From the NCBI GenBank assembly GCA_949529445.1, contig CATISA010000026.1, positions 15,548 to 79,547 of the forward strand: DNA of 64,000 nucleotides, written 5' to 3'. The DNA comes from Alphaproteobacteria bacterium UBA4588. GTDB lineage: Bacteria; Pseudomonadota; Alphaproteobacteria; Puniceispirillales; Puniceispirillaceae. A program made the translations under genes and the position numbers. Numbering within the stretch: the first letter of the stretch is position 1; every line of letters begins with the position of its first letter. This document shows positions 40,028 to 50,219 of the stretch, piece after piece. The notes beneath the pieces are model-generated. The model was not told the DNA's origin. It did not search any database and saw only the letters and a list, made by a program, of their open reading frames with translations.

Positions 40028-42685
40028 TTATTTTGATTTCGCATCAATAGCTTTCAATTGGTAGATTACCGCAAGCGCATCGCGCGGACTAAGACTGTCA
40101 GGGTCAATATCATGGACCATTTTTTCAAGGTCAGTTGGCCCATCATCAGCTAATGGTGATTCTGGTGTTGGCGGCGCAAAAAGAGGGAGCAGCCCATCTT
40201 CGCGATCTGCTGACATTAGGCCTGCTTCCATTTCCGAGACAAGATGGGCAGCACGTTTAATCACTGTCTGAGGTAGTCCCGCCAGTTTTGCAACATGAAC
40301 ACCATAGGACTTATCAGCAGACCCTTCACCAACTTCATGAAGAAATACAATATCACCCTGCCACTCTTTTACTTGCATCGCATAACAGCGCAGGCCCGAT
40401 AGCGGGCCTGTCAGAGAGGTCAGCTCATGATAATGGGTGGCAAATAGAGCACGACAACCAATATTATTATGCAAATATTCAAGGCAGGCCCAGGCAATCG
40501 AAAGCCCATCCCAAGTAGCTGTTCCTCGGCCAATTTCATCCAAGATAACAAGCGACCTACTTGTTGACTGATTAAGGATAGTTGCTGTCTCAACCATCTC
40601 AACCATGAAAGTTGAACGTCCCCGCGCAAGATCATCAGACGCACCAACACGACTAAATAGCCTATCAATAATACCGATTTCAGCATTATCGGCTGGCACA
40701 AATAGTCCAGCTTGCGCCATAATTGCAATATGGGCGTTCTGCCTCAAAAATGTCGATTTACCTGCCATATTTGGGCCTGTCAGTAACCACAGATGCGACC
40801 CCTTTTCCAGCTTACAATCATTGGCAATAAATGGTGTATTGTCAGCTAAGGCGCGCTCTACTACTGGATGCCGGCCGGCTGTAATAGTAAAACGGGTATC
40901 GTCTGTAATAACGGGCCGGCAGTAATAACGCGAATTGGCTAACTGCGCGGAGGCTGTTGCAACATCAAGGGCGGCTAGCGCTTTGGCTGTTTGTTCAAGC
41001 TCGAGGGAGCGTGCCAGCACCTGGTTCACAAGTGTTTCAAACAATGCCAGCTCAATAGCTAGAGCGCGATCAGAGGCCGATGCCATTTGTTTTTCCATGT
41101 CAGCCAGTTCGGTAGTTGTAAACCGCACCGCCTGTGCTGTGGTCTGGCGGTGGATAAACTGGTTATCCGACATTAATTTATCACCATGAAGACTCCGCAC
41201 TTCGATATGATAGCCCAACACATTATTGTGTTTGATTTTCAACGATGAGATATCTGTCAGAGCAGAATAATCTGCCTGCAATCCAGCAATTAGACGTTTA
41301 CTTTCGTCGCGGAGCTGGCGGATTTCATCAAGTGAACTGTCATAGCCCGCTCTGATAAAATTCCCATCCCGCGCCAAAAGCGGCATGTCTTCTGCCAAAG
41401 CTTGTATCAAGCTATCAGCTAGGTCAGCCGCGCATTGTGTATTTTCTATCAACATCATGAGGTCGGGCGCATGTTCGTCAATGCCTTGCGCCTCACTCAT
41501 CTGAACTGACAGGCGAACAGAAATTTCTCTACCCAAAATTAAGGCGCGAGCTATAGCCGATAAATCACGTGGACCGCCTCTGGCAGCGGCAAGACGCGAT
41601 AGGCTTCGCTCAATATCTGGCAAGCCTTTTAATGCTGAAATAACGTCACTGCCAGTCGCCTGACTACGCAGAAACCAGCTCACCAAATCAAGCCGGCTCT
41701 CAATCAGTGCCCTATCTGTTAGCGGGGCCGAAAGACGCGTTGCTAGAAGGCGCGCTCCTGCAGCTGTTTTTGTCTGATCAATTGCGTGTAACAGGCTACC
41801 AGAACGCGTCTCGGTCAATGTTTGAGTCAATTCCAGCGAGCGGCGGGTTGCAGCATCGATTTCCATAAAGGCGTTCTGGGATAAAACAGATAGGCGGGAC
41901 AGGCGTGGCTTGCTCTCAATCTGCGTCTGCTGAAGATATGTTAATAACCCTCCTGCAGCAGATAACATCGCACGGGTGAATGTCCCAAGACTTTCGAGTG
42001 TCGAGACCTCATATAAAGAAAGCAACATATCTTCACTGCGGCGACTATCAAAATCCTGTGCTGGACGAGCGGCTGGATTAAATGGTGCAGCCACTGTTTC
42101 AAGAGACTCATGCATTTCATCAGGATATAGGAATTCAGCAACCCCGAGTCGGCTAAGCATGGCTTCAATATCTTCTTCATCACAAGATTGCACATTAAAG
42201 GACCCGGTGGACATATCTGCCCACGCCAGAGCAAATTCTCCTGATGAACGTCCAAGAGCAGCAAGATAATTATGCTGATGCGAGACAAGCAGTCCGTCTT
42301 CTTGAAGCGTACCAGGTGTAATAACCCGCACAACATCACGCGGAAGCGGGCCTTTGCCACCGCGTGCTTTGAACGTTTCAGGAGTCTCTGATTGCTCACA
42401 AATCGCAACTTTATAGCCCTGCTGAATTAACCGCGCTAAATACCCATCAATTGCGTGAACCGGCACGCCGCACATTGGCACTGGATCGCCATTTAACGTG
42501 CCGCGATGAGTAAGAGTAATACCTAATGCCTGCGCTGCAGTTTCCGCATCTTGAAAAAACATTTCATAAAAATCACCCATCCGGTAAAACAGCAAGACGT
42601 CTCTGTATATATCTTTGATGGTCAAAAATTGCGCCATCATAGGTGTTGGCTTTGATGTTTGGTTTTTTGCTGTGGGCTTGTTCAT
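40028..42685 (-). CDS. mutS: DNA mismatch repair protein MutS
   Basis: Motifs TPMMAQF, mismatch-binding GDFYEMFF, Walker A GPNMAGKST, and DEIGRGT. Confidence 0.95.
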   Translation of the reverse strand: MNKPTAKNQTSKPTPMMAQFLTIKDIYRDVLLFYRMGDFYEMFFQDAETAAQALGITLTHRGTLNGDPVPMCGVPVHAIDGYLARLIQQGYKVAICEQSETPETFKARGGKGPLPRDVVRVITPGTLQEDGLLVSHQHNYLAALGRSSGEFALAWADMSTGSFNVQSCDEEDIEAMLSRLGVAEFLYPDEMHESLETVAAPFNPAARPAQDFDSRRSEDMLLSLYEVSTLESLGTFTRAMLSAAGGLLTYLQQTQIESKPRLSRLSVLSQNAFMEIDAATRRSLELTQTLTETRSGSLLHAIDQTKTAAGARLLATRLSAPLTDRALIESRLDLVSWFLRSQATGSDVISALKGLPDIERSLSRLAAARGGPRDLSAIARALILGREISVRLSVQMSEAQGIDEHAPDLMMLIENTQCAADLADSLIQALAEDMPLLARDGNFIRAGYDSSLDEIRQLRDESKRLIAGLQADYSALTDISSLKIKHNNVLGYHIEVRSLHGDKLMSDNQFIHRQTTAQAVRFTTTELADMEKQMASASDRALAIELALFETLVNQVLARSLELEQTAKALAALDVATASAQLANSRYYCRPVITDDTRFTITAGRHPVVERALADNTPFIANDCKLEKGSHLWLLTGPNMAGKSTFLRQNAHIAIMAQAGLFVPADNAEIGIIDRLFSRVGASDDLARGRSTFMVEMVETATILNQSTSRSLVILDEIGRGTATWDGLSIAWACLEYLHNNIGCRALFATHYHELTSLTGPLSGLRCYAMQVKEWQGDIVFLHEVGEGSADKSYGVHVAKLAGLPQTVIKRAAHLVSEMEAGLMSADREDGLLPLFAPPTPESPLADDGPTDLEKMVHDIDPDSLSPRDALAVIYQLKAIDAKSK

Positions 42686-42775
42686 CAGTTTTCTTAGTTG
42701 CTGTTTATGATGTGCCTAGAGTAGAAGTGAGATATGTTGATAAATCTTAAACAGTCGTGAGTATAGATAGGTTTT

Positions 42776-45028
42776 ATGAAAAAATCACTCAAACAGGACG
42801 CTCTTGATTTTCACTCTACCGGTCGCCCGGGAAAGCTGGAGATTACACCGACAAAACCACTCACAACGCAGCGTGATTTATCTCTTGCTTACTCTCCGGG
42901 TGTTGCAGAGCCATGCCTTGCCATAGAAGCGGACCCGTCAAAGGCTTATGATTACACAGCCAAGGGGAATATTGTTGGCGTTATCTCAAACGGGACAGCT
43001 GTTCTCGGGCTTGGAAATATCGGGGCAACGGCCTCAAAGCCCGTTATGGAAGGCAAAGCAGTCCTTTTCAAGAAGTTTGCTGATATTGATGGTGTTGATT
43101 TAGAGCTGGATACCCAAGATGTAGACCGCTTTGTTGATGCCGTCAGCCTGCTTGGCCCTTCTTTTGGTGGCATTAACCTGGAAGATATTAAATCTCCTGA
43201 ATGTTTCATTATTGAGCAAAGACTACGCGAAATGATGGATATCCCTGTTTTTCATGATGACCAGCATGGCACAGCGATTATAGCTGCAGCTGGATTAATT
43301 AATGCGCTCCACATCACAGGGCGTAGCATGGCTGATATAAAAGTTGTCTGTAATGGCGCTGGTGCGGCATCAATTGCCTGTGTTGAGCTTATTAAGGCGA
43401 TGGGTGTGCCCCATGACAATGTTATTATTTGTGACCGCGAAGGTGTGATCTACCAAGGTCGTGAAACAGGCATGAATCAGTGGAAGTCAGCGCATGCGGT
43501 GCCAACAGATGCGCGCAGTCTGGCAGATGCAATTGACGGCGCAGATATTTTTCTCGGCCTATCAGTTGCAGGGGCGCTTACACCTGAGATGCTAAAGAAA
43601 ATGGCCGACCAGCCAATCGTTTTCGCCATGGCAAATCCGGACCCAGAAATTATGCCCGATATTGCCAAAAAAGCACGTAAAGATGCCATTATTGCAACTG
43701 GTCGGTCTGATTTCCCGAATCAGGTTAATAACGTTCTTGGCTTTCCATATATCTTCAGAGGTGCACTTGATGTGAGAGCCTCTGCGATTAATGAGGAAAT
43801 GAAAATTGCAGCCGCCAATGCCATTGCAATGCTCGCCCGCGAAGATGTGCCAGATGAAGTAAATAATGCCTATTCGGGTGCAAGCCTGAAATATGGCGTT
43901 GATTATATTATTCCAGCACCGTTTGACCCACGGCTTATTTCAGCAGTATCTTCAGCAGTAGCCGAAGCCGCAATGGCATCAGGCGTCGCCCGCAAACCAA
44001 TTGCAGATTTGGATGCCTATCGCCGAGACTTATCTGCCCGCCTCGATCCGACAGCCTCCTTCCTTCAAGATGTTTATGAAAAAATTTCTCCGGCCAAAAA
44101 ACGCATCGTATTTGCAGAAGGTGAAGAAGAAGTTGCTATCAGAGCAGCGGTTGCATTCCGCAATGGCGGCTATGGCCATCCTATCCTTTTAGGACGTGAG
44201 CACCGTATTCGCGAAGCGATGGAGCGGATGGGTCTTGACGGTATCGAAGATTTAGAATTCACAAATGCCAAGATTTCAGACCATAACACCAGCTATATTA
44301 GCTTCCTTTATAAAAAGCTTCAGCGACGTGGTGTGTTGGAGCGTGATTGTCAGCGCATGGTCAATCTAGACAGAAATGTCTTTGCCGCATGTATGGTTGA
44401 AAATGGCCATGCTGATGGGCTTGTAACAGGACTTACACGCTCTTTCCGGTCAACATTTGAGCATGTAACAAGAGTGATAGATTCGTCTGGCGGTAAGGAA
44501 TTTACGGCAACATCAATGCTTATTTCTAAAGGTAGGACTGTTTTTGTTGGCGATACCTCTATCCATGAACGTCCTACAGGTGAGCAGATGGCCGATATTG
44601 CAGAGGCAATCGCTGAACGGGCTAGCTCAATGGGCCATACGCCGCGTGTTGCGTTTCTGTCCTTTACCACATTCGGCAGTCCAGAAAGTGATATTGTTCA
44701 GACATCACGCGATGCGGTCGTAGCTTTAGATCGCCGCGCGGTAACGTTTGAATATGAAGGTGAAATGACAGCTGATATTGCACTTGATTTTGAGCTTATG
44801 CAGTCACGTTACCCTTTTTCACGTTTATCAGGGCCAGCCAATATTCTGGTTATGCCAGGTCTGCATTCTGCTAATATCTCATTCAAACTCATGCAGCAAT
44901 TGGGAGGTGGGTCTGTGATTGGACCAATGATTTTAAATGCTGAACACCCATTCCAGATTATTCAGATGAGTGCGACAGTGAATGACCTTGTAAATGCAGC
45001 AGCACTTGCAGCCTATGAATCCCTCTAA
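42776..45028 (+). CDS. maeB: NADP-dependent malic enzyme (malic enzyme domain + inactive PTA-like domain)
   Basis: Motifs [20 protein letters not shown] and [11 protein letters not shown], plus a C-terminal phosphate-acetyltransferase-like half of about 330 aa. 750 aa. Confidence 0.9.
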   Translation: MKKSLKQDALDFHSTGRPGKLEITPTKPLTTQRDLSLAYSPGVAEPCLAIEADPSKAYDYTAKGNIVGVISNGTAVLGLGNIGATASKPVMEGKAVLFKKFADIDGVDLELDTQDVDRFVDAVSLLGPSFGGINLEDIKSPECFIIEQRLREMMDIPVFHDDQHGTAIIAAAGLINALHITGRSMADIKVVCNGAGAASIACVELIKAMGVPHDNVIICDREGVIYQGRETGMNQWKSAHAVPTDARSLADAIDGADIFLGLSVAGALTPEMLKKMADQPIVFAMANPDPEIMPDIAKKARKDAIIATGRSDFPNQVNNVLGFPYIFRGALDVRASAINEEMKIAAANAIAMLAREDVPDEVNNAYSGASLKYGVDYIIPAPFDPRLISAVSSAVAEAAMASGVARKPIADLDAYRRDLSARLDPTASFLQDVYEKISPAKKRIVFAEGEEEVAIRAAVAFRNGGYGHPILLGREHRIREAMERMGLDGIEDLEFTNAKISDHNTSYISFLYKKLQRRGVLERDCQRMVNLDRNVFAACMVENGHADGLVTGLTRSFRSTFEHVTRVIDSSGGKEFTATSMLISKGRTVFVGDTSIHERPTGEQMADIAEAIAERASSMGHTPRVAFLSFTTFGSPESDIVQTSRDAVVALDRRAVTFEYEGEMTADIALDFELMQSRYPFSRLSGPANILVMPGLHSANISFKLMQQLGGGSVIGPMILNAEHPFQIIQMSATVNDLVNAAALAAYESL

Positions 45029-45066
45029 GGGTATGTGGGTTATGCTGACCTAGGAAGAGACGACCT

Positions 45067-46539
45067 ATGACTGAGCCTGCGGGGGATGAGAAGATAGCGG
45101 GTACACTTAACAGGGATAGGCTTCTAATTTTATTCTCCTACCTAATCCGGATAAGTTCAGGGTTTCTATTCAGCTCCATTATTCTGTTTTTTACTGAACG
45201 GATCGCCATTCTTGACGTTGTGATCATCATGTCAGTAGGGCTTGTTTTAAGTTATTTTCTTATCCGTGGCGATACGGTTATTATTGACCAGCTTATCAGC
45301 TATTTTCGAAAAAAAAATTCGAGCAGAGAACCTGCCGCTAGTGTGCCTCCGTTAAACCCTAATGAAAAATATTTGCTGACCTTCACAGATGAGCTTACAG
45401 AACTCAGATGGCTTATTTCGAGTGCTGAGCAAAAAAGCGCGCTTGCTTATAAAAATCTCATCTCTGAAAATATCTACCGTACTGAAATTGCGAGACATCT
45501 ACCCTTTCCCCTTATACTTATTGATGGTCGTGGGTATATTGAAGAGTGCAACCAACAAGCACGCCAGCTGTTCGTTCCTATTACGATTGCGGAGCCTATA
45601 GACTTTTTTATCCGAAGTGATGAGGTGTTACAAAAAATCCAACAGGTCCGTAACGGCGCCATCCCTGCAGGGGAAACACAGATGACCTTGCGCGGGGCCT
45701 TCGTACGGCATTTTACCGTCCTGATATCACAATTTATTATTGATGATGTACCCCGCATAGCAGTTATTTTCATTGACCGATCGGCTGCTATTGAAACTGA
45801 AAGAATGCGGACAGACTTTGTTGCTAATGTGAGCCATGAGTTGCGAACACCACTCACCTCTATTCTGGGCTTTGTGGAAACGTTACAAGGCCCAGCAGGC
45901 CAGGACAAAACAACCCGTGCAAAGTTTCTGGCTATCCTCCAACAGCAGTCCGAGCGAATGGTTCGACTTGTTGCTGATCAGCTTTCATTGTCGCGTATTG
46001 AGCAAACTGAAAATGTTCAGCCCACAGCCATTATAAATCTAACCGAGATGGCAGAACGGGTGCTAACAAGCCTCGAAAAACAGGCAGCCACAGCAAATAT
46101 TACGCTCAGCATCACCGCGCCTCCATTACCTGTTCTCATGCACGGCGAAGCTGATGAACTTATCCAGATGATTCAAAATCTAACTGAAAATGCCATCCGA
46201 TATGGTCGCCAAGGCGGATTTGTAAAAATAACGATTAATAATAATACAAGTCACCCAAGCTTCCCTGATGAGGGGGGGTGTTTTTCACTTGCCGTCAGTG
46301 ATGACGGAGATGGCATTGCTGAGGAGCATTTACCACGTCTCACAGAACGTTTCTATCGCGTTGATGCAGGTCGTTCGCGTGAAATTGGTGGGACGGGTCT
46401 TGGGCTTGCTATTGTAAAACATATCATAAACCGGCATCGCGGTGTGATGGAGATAACATCTCATATTGGGACAGGAACAACCTTTACTATTTATCTACCG
46501 ATGATAGAACAAACAAACAGCGCTTATCAGGAACAGTAG
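45067..46539 (+). CDS. phoR: Sensor histidine kinase, PhoR-type
   Basis: Two adjacent N-terminal TM helices, a PAS-like region, the H-box FVANVSHELRTPLTSILGFVETL, and N/G boxes (NLTENAIRYG, GGTGLGLAIVKH). Directly upstream of phoB. Confidence 0.8.
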   Translation: MTEPAGDEKIAGTLNRDRLLILFSYLIRISSGFLFSSIILFFTERIAILDVVIIMSVGLVLSYFLIRGDTVIIDQLISYFRKKNSSREPAASVPPLNPNEKYLLTFTDELTELRWLISSAEQKSALAYKNLISENIYRTEIARHLPFPLILIDGRGYIEECNQQARQLFVPITIAEPIDFFIRSDEVLQKIQQVRNGAIPAGETQMTLRGAFVRHFTVLISQFIIDDVPRIAVIFIDRSAAIETERMRTDFVANVSHELRTPLTSILGFVETLQGPAGQDKTTRAKFLAILQQQSERMVRLVADQLSLSRIEQTENVQPTAIINLTEMAERVLTSLEKQAATANITLSITAPPLPVLMHGEADELIQMIQNLTENAIRYGRQGGFVKITINNNTSHPSFPDEGGCFSLAVSDDGDGIAEEHLPRLTERFYRVDAGRSREIGGTGLGLAIVKHIINRHRGVMEITSHIGTGTTFTIYLPMIEQTNSAYQEQ

Positions 46540-46574
46540 TTCGCAAAAAATAGAAAAATATTACGGTAATAAAT

Positions 46575-46592
46575 CTGTCGCAAATTTGTCAT
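46575..46592 (+). promoter_or_regulatory. Candidate Pho box (PhoB-binding direct repeats) upstream of phoB
   Basis: CTGTCGC-AAAT-TTGTCAT: two 7-bp repeats separated by a 4-bp AT spacer. The E. coli consensus is CTGTCAT-AWAW-CTGTCAY. TATGTT lies 10 nt downstream (46603..46608). Confidence 0.45.
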
Positions 46593-46664
46593 AATTAATG
46601 ATTATGTTGTAATCTTATGATGTTGCATTTATATAATTAAATGCGTCTTTTCAGCGAGGTGGAA

Positions 46665-47417
46665 ATGGTAGATTATCAGTCACCAAAAAATGTAATGGCT
46701 GAGAGCACGGATAGTTCAGACACAACCCCCACAAAAAAAATCCTTGTCATTGAAGATGAAGCAGATATTCAGGTACTCCTCGATTATAACCTGCGAGTAG
46801 CCGGCTTTAGCGTCATTCAGGCTTATGATGGTGAGGAGGGGTTACTGCTGGCTGTTGAACATCAGCCTGACCTCATCCTTCTTGACTGGATGCTGCCACT
46901 TTTGTCTGGCATCGATATCCTCCGCCAAATCAGAAATCACGCTGAATTGCGTAATATTTCCGTTATTATGCTGACCGCCAAAGGTGAAGAACCTGATAGA
47001 TTGCGCGGCTTGAATGGTGGCGCAGATGATTATATTACAAAGCCCTTTAGCCCAAAAGAGCTATTAGCACGCGTCCATGCTCTCCTGCGGAGAGCCTCTG
47101 GCGGTCATAACAATATCCTTAGTTGCTTTGGCTTAGATCTCGATATTGAACAAAAGCGCGTAATGCGTGATGGTCAAGTGATACATCTTGGCCCAACAGA
47201 ATTTCGGCTTCTAGAACATTTTCTGCGCAACAAAGGGCGGGTTTATTCCCGCAGCCAATTGTTAGATTCTGTCTGGGGTAGAGATGTTTTTGTTGAACTA
47301 CGGACAGTTGATGTTCATATCCGCAGACTCCGGAAAGCCATAAATATCAATAATAAACCAGATCTCATTCGGACCGTGCGTTCAATGGGTTATTCTCTTG
47401 AAGCTCCAACCGAATAA
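46665..47417 (+). CDS. phoB: Phosphate regulon response regulator PhoB (OmpR family)
   Basis: The receiver domain KKILVIEDEADI...DLILLDWMLP...MLTAKG and the winged helix LGPTEFRLLEHF...VDVHIRRLRK. I prefer ATG 46665, preceded by GAGGTGG. The ORF track starts at 46641. Confidence 0.85.
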   Translation: MVDYQSPKNVMAESTDSSDTTPTKKILVIEDEADIQVLLDYNLRVAGFSVIQAYDGEEGLLLAVEHQPDLILLDWMLPLLSGIDILRQIRNHAELRNISVIMLTAKGEEPDRLRGLNGGADDYITKPFSPKELLARVHALLRRASGGHNNILSCFGLDLDIEQKRVMRDGQVIHLGPTEFRLLEHFLRNKGRVYSRSQLLDSVWGRDVFVELRTVDVHIRRLRKAININNKPDLIRTVRSMGYSLEAPTE

Positions 47418-47574
47418 TAGACGCCGCCCTGCCTACTATTTATTGGTCAGCCTTTTTTCTTGCCCTTTTATGAGAAGCCTTTAAATAAAGTGGGAATATT
47501 CATTTTTCATATGATTTATCATATTGTTAAGAAAGGCTTTCACTGTGGTAGCTCTTGCCGGATATTCAGTTCCA

Positions 47575-48135
47575 GTGAAACGAATCACACAGATTTTACT
47601 ATTGTGTGCAGGGGCTTTACTTGTAGGCTGTACACCTCAAATTCCTCCTGTTACGCAGGAAATTACAACTCTGCCCCAACCCGAAAAAAGACTTCCACTG
47701 TCGAATGATACTATTAGTGACGGGGATGACACTAGCCTTTTAGCGACGGAAACCATCGACCCTGAGGCTGATGAAACATCAGTGACAATTATCGTACCAA
47801 CCCCTCAGCTGTCTGAGCAGACAGTAGCTTCATCGTTGGAGCAGTATCTTTACCCAGATTCATTTATTGGAATTCCGGCATCGGAGGTGCAGAAGAAAAT
47901 AGGTGGCGCTGATTTTATTCGCCAAGAAGGCTCAGTTGTGACATGGCAATATAGCATGCCGTCTTGTGTTATCGATTTTTTTATCCTTTTTGCGACTACT
48001 GAAATTGGCTCAATGTATAATCTGCCAAGCGATAAGATTATCGATTCCCACTTTACCAGGTCACGCATCCATAACCAAACCCTCAACGAGACACAGTGCC
48101 TCACAGAGTTTACCATGCGCCACCAGCCACACTAG
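47575..48135 (+). CDS. Hypothetical lipoprotein
   Basis: GTG 47575 gives M-KRITQILLLCAGALLVGC, a signal peptide with lipobox LVGC. The acidic Thr/Pro-rich linker is followed by a domain of about 90 aa that I cannot assign. Confidence 0.45.
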   Translation: MKRITQILLLCAGALLVGCTPQIPPVTQEITTLPQPEKRLPLSNDTISDGDDTSLLATETIDPEADETSVTIIVPTPQLSEQTVASSLEQYLYPDSFIGIPASEVQKKIGGADFIRQEGSVVTWQYSMPSCVIDFFILFATTEIGSMYNLPSDKIIDSHFTRSRIHNQTLNETQCLTEFTMRHQPH

Positions 48136-48157
48136 CCACCACTCTTGAGTCGGCTAG

Positions 48158-48802
48158 CTATACTGTTTTGTGGGCATAAAGACAATAATCACAAATAGAA
48201 CAGATACCACAGTCAGGCTTGCGCGCTTTACAAACATAACGGCCATGTAGAATAAGCCAATGATGAGCTCCCAATTTAAACCGTTCTGGAACCCGGCGAT
48301 TTAATTCTTTTTCAACGGCATCGGGATCTTTTCCTGGCGCCATACCGGTTCGATTGCCAACCCTAAAAATATGGGTATCGACCGCAATTGTTGGATGCCC
48401 AAAGGCTTCGTTCAACACAACATTAGCTGTTTTTCTGCCAACACCGGGAAGGGCTTCTAAAGCGTGACCATCTTCGGGAACAACACTATCATGTTGGTCA
48501 ATGAGTATCTGGGACAGCATAAAGACGTTTTTCGCTTTAGTATTAAATAAACCAATTGTTTTTACATGTTCTCTTATGCGATCTTCGCCCAGCGCTACCA
48601 TCTTTTCAGGCGTGTCAGCTACAGCAAACAAAGGCCCTGTTGCTTTGTTTACGCCTACATCTGTTGCTTGTGCCGACAACACAACCGCTACCAAAAGCGT
48701 GAATGGATTTTTGAAGTGAAGCTCGGTGCGCGGTTCGGGTTGCCGCGCTGCCAAAATATCAAACACCGTTTCCATGTCAGACAGGCGCATTTTACGAGGC
48801 AT
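48158..48802 (-). CDS. nth: Endonuclease III
   Basis: HhH-GPD motif LPGVGRKTANVV, catalytic region, and the 4Fe-4S cluster loop CKARKPDCGICSICDYC. Confidence 0.92.
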   Translation of the reverse strand: MPRKMRLSDMETVFDILAARQPEPRTELHFKNPFTLLVAVVLSAQATDVGVNKATGPLFAVADTPEKMVALGEDRIREHVKTIGLFNTKAKNVFMLSQILIDQHDSVVPEDGHALEALPGVGRKTANVVLNEAFGHPTIAVDTHIFRVGNRTGMAPGKDPDAVEKELNRRVPERFKLGAHHWLILHGRYVCKARKPDCGICSICDYCLYAHKTV

Positions 48803-48865
48803 TTGATTTTCCCTTTCTCTGCACTAAGTGCCATTAGTATATAGCGGTGCATAAGGACTGTCAGG

Positions 48866-49390
48866 ATGACATCACAACTTCGGTGGCAATATGAGACATC
48901 TCATACAGGAGATCATATTATCACGATTAGGCTATGGCCATATAGATCTCTGAGTCTACAAAGCTTCAAAATTGTTATGACAGCCCTCAGCCTTGCGATA
49001 TTCAGTCTCGGATTAGGCTTCTATCTGCTCGGTGCATGGCCTGTTATTGGGTTTTTAGGTGCTGAAATCGGTTTGGTCTGGTTCGCGTTCCGATTTAATT
49101 ATCGAGCTGGACAATTAATTGAGGAAATTACAATAAGTCCTGTCTCTGTTACTATCACGCGCACCGATTGGCGAGGCCGGCACACAAAACAGATACTTGA
49201 TAGTGCGTGGATTAAAGCTGATCTCATGCCCAAAAAAGCGCGGCGGCGTAAATTGTTCCTGCGGCATCATTCAGAATTATTAGAAATTGGTGCGTTTCTT
49301 CCGCCGGCTGAAAAACCCTCCCTCGCATCAGCATTAAATAATGCTCTCGCGCAGGCGCAACTTAACCCTCCAAGACATCATCCATCGTAA
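48866..49390 (+). CDS. DUF2244-type integral membrane protein
   Basis: Pattern L-W-P-Y-R-S-L followed by two TM helices (ALSLAIFSLGLGFYLLGAWPVIGFLGAEIGLVWFAF) and then RFNYRAG...ISP, as in DUF2244 proteins. The 3' end overlaps dapB by 29 nt. Confidence 0.55.
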   Translation: MTSQLRWQYETSHTGDHIITIRLWPYRSLSLQSFKIVMTALSLAIFSLGLGFYLLGAWPVIGFLGAEIGLVWFAFRFNYRAGQLIEEITISPVSVTITRTDWRGRHTKQILDSAWIKADLMPKKARRRKLFLRHHSELLEIGAFLPPAEKPSLASALNNALAQAQLNPPRHHPS

Positions 49391-50156
49391 ACAGACCTGG
49401 TACTGCTTGTGCGGCTGCAAATCGTGCCGCCCGAAGAGCACCACGGGCAAAAACAGTGCGGCTATTCGCTTTGTGCGTCAGTGATAGACTTTCCTGCTCA
49501 CCGTAAAATACTACAGAATGCTCGCCGGCAACATCACCGCCGCGCAGGACAGCAAAACCAATATCACCTTCTTTTCGGATGCCTGTTATGCCATCACGGC
49601 CGCTATCGCGCACATCATCCAGTGCAACACCACGACCGTCTGCTGCTGCATGCCCAAGAGCAAGGGCTGTTCCGGAGGGCGCATCAACTTTCTGGTTATG
49701 GTGGGCTTCAACAATCTCAATATCCCAGCCATCTGATAGCTGGCGAGCTACCTGCCGAACAAGATGCGACAGTAACGTCACGCCAACGGATGTATTTGCA
49801 CAGTAAATAATAGGAATATGCTGTGCCGCTTTTGCAAGCTTTGCTTCCTGCGCATTCGATAAGCCAGTTGTGCCAATAACCATTGCTGTTTTACTGCCAA
49901 CTGCGATATCAAGTAGAGCCATTGTTGCTTCGGGCCGCGTAAAATCAACAATAACACCGCCCGGACCAATACCAAGTGATGCTTCATCATCGCTAATCAA
50001 TATATCACCCACAGCCCTGCCAACCCAAGGACTACCGTTTCGCTCGGCAGCTGCTGAAAGATGCATATCATGATTTTGTGCAATAAGAGAGCTAATCATT
50101 TGTCCCATTCGGCCACCAGCGCCTGGTAGGGCAATCTTTAAGATATCTTCGGACAT
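49362..50156 (-). CDS. dapB: 4-hydroxy-tetrahydrodipicolinate reductase
   Basis: Motifs KIALPGAGGRMG and EAHHNQKVDAPSGTA. ATG 50156 is preceded by AGAGGAAG. The ORF track starts 11 codons earlier. Confidence 0.9.
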   Translation of the reverse strand: MSEDILKIALPGAGGRMGQMISSLIAQNHDMHLSAAAERNGSPWVGRAVGDILISDDEASLGIGPGGVIVDFTRPEATMALLDIAVGSKTAMVIGTTGLSNAQEAKLAKAAQHIPIIYCANTSVGVTLLSHLVRQVARQLSDGWDIEIVEAHHNQKVDAPSGTALALGHAAADGRGVALDDVRDSGRDGITGIRKEGDIGFAVLRGGDVAGEHSVVFYGEQESLSLTHKANSRTVFARGALRAARFAAAQAVPGLFTMDDVLEG

Positions 50157-50219
50157 GCGTCTTCCTCTTGGCATATTTTGTCTATCCATACCCCTATCAC
50201 AGACAGAAGAGAAGAAGGG

